Assembly: GCA_977017575.1 (NCBI GenBank) | Contig: CDRNVI010000065.1 | Coordinates: forward strand, 248,001-312,000 | DNA length: 64,000 nt | Reading direction: 5' to 3' | From: Paramoeba atlantica | Taxonomy: Eukaryota; Protista; Discosea | Part shown: positions 31,044 through 42,327 of the stretch, piece by piece | Position numbering within the stretch: the stretch's first letter is position 1 | Layout: each line of letters opens with the position of its first letter | Program-made: the position numbers and the translations under genes | The notes under the pieces: generated by a model | What the model saw: only the letters and a program-made list of their open reading frames with translations | Told to the model about the DNA's origin: nothing | Database searches by the model: none

Positions 31044-32906
31044 CTAATTTTCCTCGTCTGGACTATAAATTTCCGGAAGATATTTCTCAGGGGAGGAATC
31101 TGTTGGAGTACTCGTCTCTACCTGAGGTTTTGAGACATTGACTTCATCTGCACTATCAGACGGTTCGTTAGGAGTCGTTTCTTCTGTCACAGCATGGGTG
31201 AACTCCACGGGAGTGCTTACTTCTTGTGGGATTGCTTTCTCCTCGTTGACCTCGGGTACACTGACCTTCACCGCGGCTATATCCACAACCGCTGCATTCT
31301 CAGGGGCATCCTTTCCTTCCTTGAGAGGATCTGCCATCCCTCCAGAGCGGCTCTGTACTTCTTCTTCCTGCATATCCTGTCCAGCTTCAGATGGAACGCC
31401 TAATACCTCAGACGTGTTTTCCACAACGCTTTCGGTTGGCTCCGAAGTGGCTAGCGGTTGAGAACACGCAGCTGGTGATTTCGCAGGACTTACCGAACTG
31501 AGTGCCTCCGTGCTTTGAGCCCTGCGGCTTGTGGTTTCCGGGGTGACAGCTGCAGTGATCTGAACCACTGGACTCGAGAGGTGTGAAGGAGTAGTTGTCA
31601 CAGGTGTGGCCGTTTCACGTGCGGGAGTTGCCAGTGCGGAGAGCGCTTGCTCGGGGGTAAGTGGTGCCTCTCGAATCGGAGTTGACTGTTCGGATGGCGC
31701 TTTTGTTTGAGACTTTATGGGAGTGGAGTGCGTACTGGGTGGGTGCGCTACGATAATGTTGTCAACAGTAGATGATGCAATTTCTTCTGAAGTGGACTCC
31801 GGTGTCTTCTCGGGTGGAGCACTGGCTTCCGCCACAGTTCGCTCTACGGCCGGAGTTTCACTCAAAGGACTTGCTTCTTCTATTTCTTGCATTGCCACGG
31901 CGGTTGTTGCAGAATCGCTTGCGCCATGCTCTATTTTTTCCAGTTCTGCGAATGCAAGTTCAATAAATGAACGAATTTCATTGGCTTTCTCTTTGAGCGA
32001 GCCCTGTGCAAGGTTGTAGTGCGCCTCTATACGAGAACGGACAGCCGTTAGGGAAAGAGATTCGGCGTCCTCAACCGAGGTAGTACGCATCATAGTGCTT
32101 ATAAAGTTCTGAATTTCATTATTAGGCGGTATAACTTCTTCAACTACCACACTCTTTTTTTCTTTAACTTGGCGTTGCCGTTTGGCAGGTGGCTGTGGTG
32201 TCTCTTCCTTTTTGCTATCACTTCTACCTCGTTTGGTGGGACGTTCTTTCTTTTTTTGAGATGTATCCGTTTTCTTTGACTTCGCTGTGGCCGATTTGCC
32301 AGACTTGGCGGGCGTTTTCGTAGATCGTCCCTTGGCACTTTTAATTCGGGAAACAGTTTTTAGCTTTTTATTGGTTTTCCGAGTTTTCCTTTTCTTCTTT
32401 GTCACGGTTCTCTTTTCCTTTTTTTGCGCATCAAGAGATAGTACAGGACTCATCAAAAACTCACTCAAATGTTGATTTTGCTCCGCTACAGTTTTCCCTA
32501 AAATTCTGAAAGTCTTTAGAATAGGTTTAAGTTCCTTACGAGTTTGTGATTCAATCGCTTTAGTTAAGTGGGAAGCCGTAATCCCTCTAGTTGAACTAGA
32601 TCCCAGAAAGCCACGGAAGTTCATTAATTCTCTTTTTCGCGATTGCTTTAGTCCGGGACGTCCAACAAGTATCCGGTATAGAGGAGTGCAATCTGTAGGC
32701 AATATTTTCTTCCATTCAGGGAAAACTTTAAGAGGTACGCCACTGCCGTCTACGGGGACTTCATACGTCACTTTGCGCACTGGTGTCGCGGCCGTCGGAC
32801 TAAAGTAAACTGCATCCCTCCGTATGCGTGTGCTTCGTCGATCCCCATCAGCTTCTTCGGTGCCGTGATTTTTCTCAGGCGTTTGAGTTTCTACGTCGTC
32901 AGACAT
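31044..32906 (-). CDS. DEK-like protein, copy 2
   Basis: Identical to 14214-16076. Confidence 0.65.
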   Translation of the reverse strand: MSDDVETQTPEKNHGTEEADGDRRSTRIRRDAVYFSPTAATPVRKVTYEVPVDGSGVPLKVFPEWKKILPTDCTPLYRILVGRPGLKQSRKRELMNFRGFLGSSSTRGITASHLTKAIESQTRKELKPILKTFRILGKTVAEQNQHLSEFLMSPVLSLDAQKKEKRTVTKKKRKTRKTNKKLKTVSRIKSAKGRSTKTPAKSGKSATAKSKKTDTSQKKKERPTKRGRSDSKKEETPQPPAKRQRQVKEKKSVVVEEVIPPNNEIQNFISTMMRTTSVEDAESLSLTAVRSRIEAHYNLAQGSLKEKANEIRSFIELAFAELEKIEHGASDSATTAVAMQEIEEASPLSETPAVERTVAEASAPPEKTPESTSEEIASSTVDNIIVAHPPSTHSTPIKSQTKAPSEQSTPIREAPLTPEQALSALATPARETATPVTTTPSHLSSPVVQITAAVTPETTSRRAQSTEALSSVSPAKSPAACSQPLATSEPTESVVENTSEVLGVPSEAGQDMQEEEVQSRSGGMADPLKEGKDAPENAAVVDIAAVKVSVPEVNEEKAIPQEVSTPVEFTHAVTEETTPNEPSDSADEVNVSKPQVETSTPTDSSPEKYLPEIYSPDEEN

Positions 32907-33072
32907 GAAATAAATCCTTAATGTTACTTTTAATAAGAGTGCGAAATATCAATTCGTTGTGGAATAAATACGGGCGGAAGGAAGATACGATATAAACACA
33001 AGGACACACGAGCAAGATTCGCCGTATAAAGGATTACACGCCGTATAAAGGAAACACACAACTGGTTGAAAT

Positions 33073-33678
33073 TTATACATCAAGAACAAATGTTGCGTGA
33101 TACGAGGATTCTAAAGGTGTGATCAACTCAGTACGATTTAGTATGGACGTATTCGGGCCTTTCCATATAGCAAGTCGGTGTTTTGTTATCGCTTTGACTT
33201 CGCCCCCAGCCGGAGTATTTCCATTGTTTGATATGCACCATAACCGTGCGCCACACTGAATTTGCGATTTGTGTCGAGAGATACTTACGTCAGTGGGAGA
33301 TTGAACTAAATCAGTAAAGGACTTGTTTGTATTTTTAGGTAAATCAATAATATTATCCAAAAGGAATACTCTTACAGTGGAGCAGGTTACTCTTTTTGTT
33401 GCGGATATGTGCAAATATTGCTCAAGAAGATCGTACAAGATAGATGTTTCATCAGGTGCGGAAGAAAATATGTCTTTAATCAGTGAGGTACTTTTAAACT
33501 CTAAACCTTGAGGTTTATCGTTACTATGAGTGTCCGAAATAGTCACGTTACGTACGCTGGATTCACCCAGAAGCACAGAGGAAAGGGATAGTATTGATTC
33601 TTCCAAAAGTGAGACAAGATTATATGACCAGCAGTGCAACATTAGGTCTGCTGTGTGGTCTACGTGTTCGTATGGCAT
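33073..33678 (-). CDS. Archease, copy 2
   Basis: Identical to 16243-16848. Confidence 0.92.
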   Translation of the reverse strand: MPYEHVDHTADLMLHCWSYNLVSLLEESILSLSSVLLGESSVRNVTISDTHSNDKPQGLEFKSTSLIKDIFSSAPDETSILYDLLEQYLHISATKRVTCSTVRVFLLDNIIDLPKNTNKSFTDLVQSPTDVSISRHKSQIQCGARLWCISNNGNTPAGGEVKAITKHRLAIWKGPNTSILNRTELITPLESSYHATFVLDV

Positions 33679-34095
33679 GATATCTTATACAGTGGTACCC
33701 ATGTAATTACAACAAACGTACGAATGTTATATTTGAATTGTTTGTATATTTTGTTCGTATATTTGAAATATACAAAAAAATGCAAGGTCTACCTGTCCTA
33801 CATGTTTCTCTGCCTACATGATCTACGTGTATCTACCTTAATAAGATAGGATTAGAAGACTTACATAATCTATAGGTTAGACGAAACGAAGTGTATGCAA
33901 TCTGGAAAAAGACATTTAAAAAGACTCTTTCTTGACATAATACACTGCTTGGTATGTTTCGTAAGACTGGAGACTGCCTTGTGCCAGAATCCTATAATCT
34001 TATTACTCCTTAATGAGATGTGAGTTATAGTTGCTACCACACTGTTTGGTGAAATGGAGTCCAAAAAGACATCCTGGGTCAGAGCGCAATAAGTG

Positions 34096-34641
34096 TTATG
34101 ATTTCAATTTTTCCAAGTATTCCGCTCGCTGTTTTGCAAACATCGTTTTTTCTCTATGCATCATGCGTGCCTCATTATTTATTTCATTATACATGATGTA
34201 AAGCGGGTATGAAATCATTCCGATCGCAAATCCCGCACACCAAACCGGAATGAGACGCTGGGGTACACGGTTTTTTGGCCAAAAACACATCCCTACGACA
34301 GCGAAACCTCCTAGAACCAGTCCAGCGTCAATTCCACGCTGAAAAGGTTCACTACCAAGGTAAAATTTCCACTGTTCAGAAAGTTCTCGCCGTCGCCTCT
34401 GACCAATATCAAGCCCTTCCATGTTCTGAATTACTTTGTTAATCGCAGCTTGATCTTCCCGAGCAACGATCTGAGGACCAACACTTAAGGTTGCTAGACT
34501 CTTATTCCGGTCCGGCGTTACATCAGGCCGAGGAATTGAAATATCATTACGTACATCTAGAGGAGATGAGTGTGTTCTTGTGGTAACGACTATATCCTTG
34601 TTTTGCTCATCCGCAGTAGCCGAGCTCGATGAGTTTCCCAT
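34096..34641 (-). CDS. Hypothetical two-TM protein, copy 2
   Basis: Identical to 17266-17811. Confidence 0.7.
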   Translation of the reverse strand: MGNSSSSATADEQNKDIVVTTRTHSSPLDVRNDISIPRPDVTPDRNKSLATLSVGPQIVAREDQAAINKVIQNMEGLDIGQRRRRELSEQWKFYLGSEPFQRGIDAGLVLGGFAVVGMCFWPKNRVPQRLIPVWCAGFAIGMISYPLYIMYNEINNEARMMHREKTMFAKQRAEYLEKLKS

Positions 34642-35009
34642 TTACGAAAAAATTAAGTCTCTGAAATATCCGAATGCTTAAAAAGCAGAAATAATCCAAA
34701 AATCCTGCGTTTGATACTATTCCTATCTCTTTTTCTCATTCGTGTGCATAAATTTACGGGGTAACAATGAAATAACATAGCGCAATGATATTAAATTTAT
34801 GTGGAATGCGCTTATACCTATGAATGGTGTTGTACGTACATAAACAATGTAAAAATCAAAGCATACGATATGGAACATCAAACTATACATCAAACGAATA
34901 GGTGGCGTAGATTCTACCTCAACCCTTTATAGAGGACAAAATGACACCTATTGCTCATCATACTCTGGCACACAATATGTCTGATGGGGTAATAGCGCAT
35001 TGTACAAAG

Positions 35010-35201
35010 CTATTTACTCTTTTTGATTCCTCCTTGTGAAAGGGGACCTCCCTTCGACTTTACCTTCTGAGCCAGCTCTGCAATTTTCTTTGCCTCCTCT
35101 TGTTTTTTCTTCTGAAATGCCACATCATCATCGTCTACTTCATTCGTTTGTTTTTTGGGTTGTTTCAAGGGCTTCTGCTTTCCTCCTTGTTTGGAAGGCA
35201 T
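35010..35201 (-). CDS. TMA7: TMA7, copy 2
   Basis: Identical to 18180-18371. Confidence 0.93.
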   Translation of the reverse strand: MPSKQGGKQKPLKQPKKQTNEVDDDDVAFQKKKQEEAKKIAELAQKVKSKGGPLSQGGIKKSK

Positions 35202-35411
35202 TGAACAAGGGAAATAGATACTGATAATTAAAACTGAGGAAGTAAAAAACGAAAACGTACTAGTATATCCGGCATGTAATTAATCATTACAATGCACGTC
35301 TCGATAGATAGAATGTAGGACTACGTATACTTTTTAGAAATGTATGAAAGGTTCGAAATAACCTCTCTAATTTTCGTTCTATTTCTTCTAAAACGGAAGG
35401 TCATTTTCGTA

Positions 35412-35726
35412 TTATAATAATAATATTATAATATCGCTTTTTGAAATCATTTTTTCCCATATTTCGTTGGCCAAGTCCTTCTCCCAATCACGCATGATCC
35501 TGTGATTGTTGCCAAGTGCATTGAGAATTTCTTCAGTATTTGCTCCCTTGGGGCGTAATTGTTCATAGTTACGAAGTAAAGCGTATGCTGCTTTGCATGA
35601 CAAGTTCGTCTTTGCCACAAAACAGGGAACGCAGCGACGGACAAAAACATTTACACTCATTGAATTGTCGTTCGGGGTCAGTGAAAAAAGTTCCGGTTCG
35701 GGTGCGATTCTCTGTCCCTCGCGCAC
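35412..35726 (-). CDS. Hypothetical protein, copy 2
   Basis: Identical to 18582-18896. Confidence 0.35.
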   Translation of the reverse strand: MREGQRIAPEPELFSLTPNDNSMSVNVFVRRCVPCFVAKTNLSCKAAYALLRNYEQLRPKGANTEEILNALGNNHRIMRDWEKDLANEIWEKMISKSDIIILLL

Positions 35727-35763
35727 TAAACAAGTGTGATTGATATGGTGATAGTAATGGTTG

Positions 35764-36339
35764 TTATGGAGCGAATGACTCCACGACGGTCAGTCGCGAC
35801 ATTTTATGTGAGTCCGCTGGCCTATTCACGTGATGGGACCGAGGATATTTCTCGGCGTATTCACGACACTCTTTGTTTTTCTTCTCCAAATCTTTCGTTC
35901 TACCAGTCGGGGTATCCATTCCCAAGCAGCGCTCACGAAAGAATTTTGTCAAAATACGGGGAAACCGCATTGGGTCCTGTACAAGCTGTTTTCGAACTAC
36001 TTGCCTTACAGAGCTTGCCTGTTGTGATGGAGAGGACGACATTTCCTCTTCGAGCCTCGCGGTACACTCTCGTCGTACTGAGACAGGAACATAACTCCCT
36101 GACGGAACGTTATCGGAAATTTCAAATCTGCTGTGGGTGGGACCATCTGCTGCTTCCGTGGAAGCATCTCGCTGCATGGCAGTTCTATTCTTCTTCGCCA
36201 AATTGGTTCTCTTGGCACGAACCGAAGTAACTGAAGGAGTAGTAGATGAAAAAGATTCGGAAGAATTTGCTTCAGCTAAAGTTGGCACGATTGCATCTGA
36301 TGAAAGAGCTGGGGGAGAAGGTACGCGGATAGGAATCAT
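35764..36339 (-). CDS. Hypothetical protein, copy 2
   Basis: Identical to 18934-19509. Confidence 0.55.
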   Translation of the reverse strand: MIPIRVPSPPALSSDAIVPTLAEANSSESFSSTTPSVTSVRAKRTNLAKKNRTAMQRDASTEAADGPTHSRFEISDNVPSGSYVPVSVRRECTARLEEEMSSSPSQQASSVRQVVRKQLVQDPMRFPRILTKFFRERCLGMDTPTGRTKDLEKKNKECREYAEKYPRSHHVNRPADSHKMSRLTVVESFAP

Positions 36340-36673
36340 GCGCCCCCTTCCTCGAACAGAGGTGTGTATTGTGAAAAAACAAGTAACTTAACACTAAAAA
36401 GTAGAAGACTGATTGCAAATACATTTTTTAAACATTTTATAAACATATATTCTGCTAAAAAAAAATTCTTTCAGAAACCACCCAAGCACTCAAAATGTTT
36501 CGACCTTTCGACCGTCGAACGACGTCGAATTCGACGTCGAACGACAGCTATGATTATTTCTTTAATTTAATGTATCAAGCTGAATTCCCAACTCACATCT
36601 TTGAATTGCGAACATGACTGCATCTAGAATCTGCAGCAACTTCTAGATCCAGTATTGCAGTGTAAAGCACCAT

Positions 36674-38134
36674 CTATTCCTGCGTCGTTTTCGTTACGAA
36701 TTTCATTTCTTCATTCACAGTGGGCAGGAACGGACGAAGCACTTCTGGTATCATCACCCCAGTCTCTGTTTGATAATTCTCCACAAGACAACAAATCGTA
36801 CGTGGTATTGCACAAAGCGTCGAGTTGAGCATGTGTGGATGTTCCTTCAGCGCGGAGGCCAGTGTCCCACGGGTGGTGGGACCATACCGGCACCCAATAC
36901 TACGGGACTGGTAGTCCGTGCAGTTTGAACAACTCACAAGCTCACGAAACTTGCCACTTCCAGGAAACCACGCCTCAAGATCCCACTTCCGGGCAGCGGC
37001 GTTGTTCAGCGCGCCGGAGGCTATATCCACCACCCGGTAGGGAATCCCAAGACTCGTGTAAAACTCCTCCGCACATTTCATCATCTCCTCATGGACGGCC
37101 CACGAGATTTCATCCCGGGGACTACACACCACAAACTGCTCGATTTTATCAAACTGGTGCACACGAAAGATACCAAGGGTGTCGCGGCCGTGACTGCCGG
37201 CCTCTTTACGGTAACACGAGGAGTAACCCGCATACCGTTTCGGGACCCGCAGGTCCTCCTCATTGTACCACCGGTTGCGGTGGTACGCACATAGCGGTTG
37301 CTCGGAGGTGGCAATCAGATATTTATCCTCCCCCTCCCCGGTGACTTTGTAGAGCTGCTCGTCAAAATCCGACAACTGGGCGACCTCCCCCATACACTCC
37401 TTGGTCATAAAAACCGGCGGGTAGAACGGCATATAGCCCCGTTTTGCCAGAAAACTCATCCCGTAATGCAGCAACGCGACATGGAGGAGCACCAGATCCC
37501 CGTGGAGCACGTAGGCCCGGCCCCCGGACATCCGGGTGACGCGCTCGCTGCAGTCCATCACCCCGAGCGCCTCCATGAGGTCCACATGGTGCTGGGGTTT
37601 ACGTGTGGTACAGTCCCCGCGGGTGCGCAGCACAGCGTTGTGCTCCTCACTCTCGTGGACCGGGGCAAACTCGTGGACAATATTCCCGATGGCTGCGAGT
37701 ACGCGGTCTCGTGCCGCCTCAAGCGTCTTCGCACGCTCCATCTCCTGTGGGACGAGATGGGACGAGATGTGCTTGGAGAGGGCTTTGAGTTTTGGTACCG
37801 TCAAGGAGTCAAGGCTGTCCATCATGAGCTTCCCGGTGCGACAGGACTCGAGGAGCTCGTGGGGGAGCTCGATCGGTTCGGTTGTGAGCGTCAGGGACTC
37901 AAGAGAGGGCGCTGTGTTCTTGGATTTTTTCATTTCGGTTGCGATTTTCTTGCTGCACAGTCCAACGGATTTGTTCATGCCTTCGAGGGAGTGCTGGGCG
38001 TGTCTCCATTGGGTATCAAGCTCAATGACCTCATCCACCAGTTTAACATTGCTCCATCGGCGACGTTGGCTTTCACGTACGAGATTTGGATTGCCGCCTT
38101 TCTCAATGCGAAAGAGATTTATATCAAGTGGCAT
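36674..38134 (-). CDS. SARS: Seryl-tRNA synthetase, copy 2
   Basis: Identical to 19844-21304. Confidence 0.97.
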   Translation of the reverse strand: MPLDINLFRIEKGGNPNLVRESQRRRWSNVKLVDEVIELDTQWRHAQHSLEGMNKSVGLCSKKIATEMKKSKNTAPSLESLTLTTEPIELPHELLESCRTGKLMMDSLDSLTVPKLKALSKHISSHLVPQEMERAKTLEAARDRVLAAIGNIVHEFAPVHESEEHNAVLRTRGDCTTRKPQHHVDLMEALGVMDCSERVTRMSGGRAYVLHGDLVLLHVALLHYGMSFLAKRGYMPFYPPVFMTKECMGEVAQLSDFDEQLYKVTGEGEDKYLIATSEQPLCAYHRNRWYNEEDLRVPKRYAGYSSCYRKEAGSHGRDTLGIFRVHQFDKIEQFVVCSPRDEISWAVHEEMMKCAEEFYTSLGIPYRVVDIASGALNNAAARKWDLEAWFPGSGKFRELVSCSNCTDYQSRSIGCRYGPTTRGTLASALKEHPHMLNSTLCAIPRTICCLVENYQTETGVMIPEVLRPFLPTVNEEMKFVTKTTQE

Positions 38135-38297
38135 TTTGTGAAGACTCGAGAGGCGAGAAGAATAAAATACATTAAACACTTCAATAAGACAATGATTTGA
38201 TAATTGGTGCTTTCATACAATTAGAGCAAAAAAAGTGTTAAGCAAACACACTAAACGAACTACAGAGGACACAAACCCCCATTTTTTGTAAATTGTA

Positions 38298-38795
38298 CTA
38301 GTGCGATACAGACCGCCGTCGAGCGTCCCCAGGCATAGGAACGGGTGAAGCACGATCAAAACTGTCCATCCACGATTCAGGCGGAGGCGAAAACTCCTCA
38401 GGTCGTGGAGCACTGTTTTCAAAGGTGGAACCTGCGAAAGGGTGCGCAGACGGTTTTTCATTATCGGCTCTCAACTTGAGATATCGTCGTACTGGATTGG
38501 GTCCTTTCAGCAAGCCGCGGCGAGACTGATCAGAGAGAAATGTTATCTCACTTGGGGTGAGTAGACCAGAAGTCATACTTCTCTCAACTTCCGTTTTGAA
38601 AGGGGAATTGCGTTCGGAACGTTGGTCAAAGTCAGAACCTCGTGAAAAATCGGAACCTTGATGGTCTCCCGCCAAAGCATTGGAATTCGAAATGTTCTGC
38701 GAGCCTGAAGCACTTCCTTCTGACGCCGCGCCGGAGAGCCTAATCCCACGGAAATAGTTTAAGGGCATGATCCCAAGTAAAGCAAAGTAAAACAA
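38298..38795 (-). CDS. Hypothetical protein, copy 2
   Basis: Identical to 21468-21965. Confidence 0.55.
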   Translation of the reverse strand: MFYFALLGIMPLNYFRGIRLSGAASEGSASGSQNISNSNALAGDHQGSDFSRGSDFDQRSERNSPFKTEVERSMTSGLLTPSEITFLSDQSRRGLLKGPNPVRRYLKLRADNEKPSAHPFAGSTFENSAPRPEEFSPPPESWMDSFDRASPVPMPGDARRRSVSH

Positions 38796-39084
38796 AGTAA
38801 AGTGAAGAGGTGTAAAGCCTTTGAGATGGTGTAAACGAATAAGTACTGTTGACTGAAAGTTTCAGAAGCTTTTTTACTAGAACTAACACTACAAATGAAA
38901 CCTCATCTGGGAGCCAAAACTCCGTAATGAATAATCCGGCTCAGCGACTAAATACAAAAATATATGCTGTAAGGAGCTAGTTAGTGTTTTGGTATTTTAA
39001 CATGGAACGTGACAACAAAACAGTGCTCCCAATCTATAAATGCCGCGCTATAACATCGTCTCGAATCCTAACACACACATACAC

Positions 39085-40755
39085 TTAGTCCCCCCGTATG
39101 CCTACTGCACACATACCTCCGCCCATAAACTTCACATTGTTATACACCCATTCCTGAGCCACCTCCTGGAAGGGCTCCGTTGTGTGGCTCTCACTGACGG
39201 GGAGGCAATGCAGAATCGCACCCTCCTCCAGCGACAGGTGGTAGACCTGCTTGGCGGGGTCCGTGATCGTGAGCGCGCACGGCTCCTCCCCGTACCGCTG
39301 GAGAAACCGACCTCGCTCACGCACGCTGAACACCTCCCCGGTCTGGTGCCGGAGGATCCCCAGCCCCTCAGCCTTCCCGGTGTCTACCAGCACGAAGCAC
39401 TCCTCGTTGTAGACCGCATAGCTCAGTGGGAGTGCACCTTTGCATGGGGTAGGGTGCGGCCGACTGGGACACCATAACACGTCCACAGCCCCCGGGTGGT
39501 CGACTTGAATCGGCAGCAGGGTGGGCTCAAACGGGAGGTACGCCGCCGGGGTGTCGTCCTCATACGCCGGACGCGGCACATCCCCTGCGGTGAAGGAAGA
39601 GAACAGCGCGTTAAAGGCATAGACGTAGTCCAGCGCGGGACGTGGTACCCGGGAGGCAGGATAGCGAAAGTCCCGGATCGCGTCTCCGGCCATCACGGTC
39701 TCGTACATGTGGAGGAAGTTGTTCACAGTGGTGGCATCCGCTGTGGTATCCATCCCATCCAGCTGGGGAAACAGCCCATTGGTGAACTTCGCCACATCCG
39801 TAATCTGCGACCCGTCCACGTCACTAATCAAAATCACACTATCCTGATGAAACCACTGCAGCTGCAGCACATCACACGCCAAACACTCCGAGTGAACCGT
39901 AAAAAACGCATGCCGGATATACTTCCGTACCGCCCCCGCGACCAGCGCCGTCACCCAATCCCCCAGCACCGCCTCCGCACGCGTCTTCCAGCTCCGTGCG
40001 AACCAGTGCAACTCCCGTCGCAGCCTCCCCGTGTTCACCTCCACCCCCTGCTCCTCAAACGGGTCGGCCCAGGTCACGTGTCCATTCTCGGAGCGTCTCT
40101 GTAAACGGATCTTCAGCAGCACCGGTCGCGGCACACACACCTTCCGTCGCCCCGCGACCAGGTCCCACCAGCTGCTGCGGTCGAACACGTCAATGCGCAT
40201 GGGGACCCCGGAGGGGGCCTCCCAGGGGCTGTAGGGCTCTTGGATGCGGCTAAGGTTGAGATCGAGTAGCTCTACTAAATGGTGAATGATATCCTCCTCG
40301 GTGGTGTGGGGGGAAGAGGAAGAGGAAGACGATGAAGAAGAAGAAGAGCGGGAGCTACGCATCGAGGACGAAGAGGGGGAGGGGTGCCGACCACGGACGG
40401 GGGTGATCGGGGTGAGCCGACTTGGGGCCGCGGAGGGGTGGGTGGAGAGACGGGAACGTTCCTGGAATAAGGGCGCGTCGGGGGGTTTGTGCAGGAGGGG
40501 ACGGGGAGGGGGGTGGGAGGAAGAAGAAGAAGAGGAAGAGGAAGGGGGTGGACCGGGGAGCGTACCGACACGACGTGTCGTGGTGGTGGTTTTCGTGGTG
40601 GTAGGGGGGAGGGTAGGGGGGAGGGGTTTGTGTCGACGGGTGGTGGGAGCGGTCGTGTGGGTGTGGGGGTTGTCCGTGAGGGAAATGGGGAGGGGGGAGG
40701 GAGGGGGAAGGAGGAGGGAGGAGAGGAGGAGGAGAGGGAGGAGGAGGGAGGACAT
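39085..40755 (-). CDS. Hypothetical GC-rich protein, copy 2 (one Ser shorter)
   Basis: As 22255-23928, with a 3-bp contraction of the Ser run. Confidence 0.7.
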   Translation of the reverse strand: MSSLLLPLLLLSSLLLPPPSPLPISLTDNPHTHTTAPTTRRHKPLPPTLPPTTTKTTTTTRRVGTLPGPPPSSSSSSSSSHPPPRPLLHKPPDAPLFQERSRLSTHPSAAPSRLTPITPVRGRHPSPSSSSMRSSRSSSSSSSSSSSSPHTTEEDIIHHLVELLDLNLSRIQEPYSPWEAPSGVPMRIDVFDRSSWWDLVAGRRKVCVPRPVLLKIRLQRRSENGHVTWADPFEEQGVEVNTGRLRRELHWFARSWKTRAEAVLGDWVTALVAGAVRKYIRHAFFTVHSECLACDVLQLQWFHQDSVILISDVDGSQITDVAKFTNGLFPQLDGMDTTADATTVNNFLHMYETVMAGDAIRDFRYPASRVPRPALDYVYAFNALFSSFTAGDVPRPAYEDDTPAAYLPFEPTLLPIQVDHPGAVDVLWCPSRPHPTPCKGALPLSYAVYNEECFVLVDTGKAEGLGILRHQTGEVFSVRERGRFLQRYGEEPCALTITDPAKQVYHLSLEEGAILHCLPVSESHTTEPFQEVAQEWVYNNVKFMGGGMCAVGIRGD

Positions 40756-40976
40756 GGGGTGGGGGGAGAAGAGCAAAATAAAGAGAGGGAGAAAGGAGGG
40801 AGAAATAGAGCTCTGGAAAGGAGAAAAGAGTAAGGGTGGTGTGCAAATGAAGGAACACAGTACGTGCGCGCGTCGATTGACTTCGCCCAACAACTCAACG
40901 TAACAAATCAAATTCCAATTGAGGGTTGAAACGATGCACCGCAATACTCTTGTACGATGCGTAAATCTCTCGAAAG

Positions 40977-42044
40977 CTAACTTTTAAGTGATGATGAAGA
41001 GGAATGTGAAGAGATACAGAGGGGATCAGTTAATGCTAATCCCTCGTAATCTCGTTTTGAGATCGTCCAACCACCCTTTTTTTTGTCAAAAACATTATTT
41101 GCTCGAGCTACCGAGATGGGGAGAAGACCACAAGGACGAGCGAACTGAACGATCCATCCGGGACGGAACCAGAGAACATCGTTCCAAAAGCGCATATTAT
41201 GATTTTTTTGTAGACGAGTCTTGTGATAAAGAAGTGCTTCCCGCATTCGCGAGGGCGCTTCGTCACTTTCGCTATGTTCGAACAAGAGCTGCAGCGTAGT
41301 TCCGACATGAGTTGCCATCGGTTTCCCCAACATGTCTGAAAATTTGTTCAATGCTGAATGCAAAACGCTGCATTGTTCAAGAAATGTAAAGCAGCTTGCT
41401 TTAATTTCCAAAGCTCCGTACCGGTCCAGCAAACGCTTACACTTAATAATGGACTTTGACGCCCGTGCCTTTTCACTTTCGCTGTACACAAATGCCGATA
41501 CTGTGTCCATATTCTTCGCCAAAAATTGCATACATGTAAACTTATCCTGACACCAGCGCGTCACACCTCCGAGCCTCGGAGTTTCGTCACCCTCAGTTTC
41601 ACGCGCTACTTGCAAAGCACTAATCAATTTCGGTCCCTGAGCAAGAAGCTGGCGATGCTTCTCGTACCATGACGTGACATTGCATGACAGTGTGGCAATT
41701 AGAGAATTGGACATGTCCGGAGATACCTCCTTCAGCTTTTCGAGGCATCCGATTAGAGTAGATTGTAGTTGTTGACGGCAGAAAACTGGGGCATCCTCCC
41801 CAAGGCCATGGTACGATTGACGGAAGGTTTCTTCCGCCTTCAGAACTCCCTGATCGAAGCGAGCCAGAGCGAGATCCAGAGCAACTCCCTTGTATTTCCC
41901 TTTTGCTGCACTCGCTCGTCCTCCTGAATAAAAGGACTGACTGAACGCTTTTTTGAAAAGAAAGCACGGTGACTCTTCGTAGGGCTTCAAGGTCGTTTGG
42001 CAAATGTTATTCAGCAAAATGCATAATGAATGAGCTTCCCCCAC
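40977..42044 (-). CDS. Possible hAT-derived ORF, copy 2
   Basis: Identical to 24150-25217. Confidence 0.45.
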   Translation of the reverse strand: MGEAHSLCILLNNICQTTLKPYEESPCFLFKKAFSQSFYSGGRASAAKGKYKGVALDLALARFDQGVLKAEETFRQSYHGLGEDAPVFCRQQLQSTLIGCLEKLKEVSPDMSNSLIATLSCNVTSWYEKHRQLLAQGPKLISALQVARETEGDETPRLGGVTRWCQDKFTCMQFLAKNMDTVSAFVYSESEKARASKSIIKCKRLLDRYGALEIKASCFTFLEQCSVLHSALNKFSDMLGKPMATHVGTTLQLLFEHSESDEAPSRMREALLYHKTRLQKNHNMRFWNDVLWFRPGWIVQFARPCGLLPISVARANNVFDKKKGGWTISKRDYEGLALTDPLCISSHSSSSSLKS

Positions 42045-42327
42045 TCTCTGACTCTCGCATTGCGAGGTTAATAGCCGAGAGTCAGGTTGGCGACACCATC
42101 GCCGTCCTATGGTCGTCAGAAAAAGTGTCCTATAGAGAATTGTGGAAAAGGGTTATCATGATGATTGGATAAGACAAAACCACTATGTTGGTCGCTTAAG
42201 AGGAAATTTGGCGACCTCATGTTCCCTCCGACGAATGTTCAATTACTCGCTACTGACCTCTACTGCGAACATCACATCAAAAAGCACTCTTTTTCATCTT
42301 CAATTTACAAGAAGACGACGTATGCTC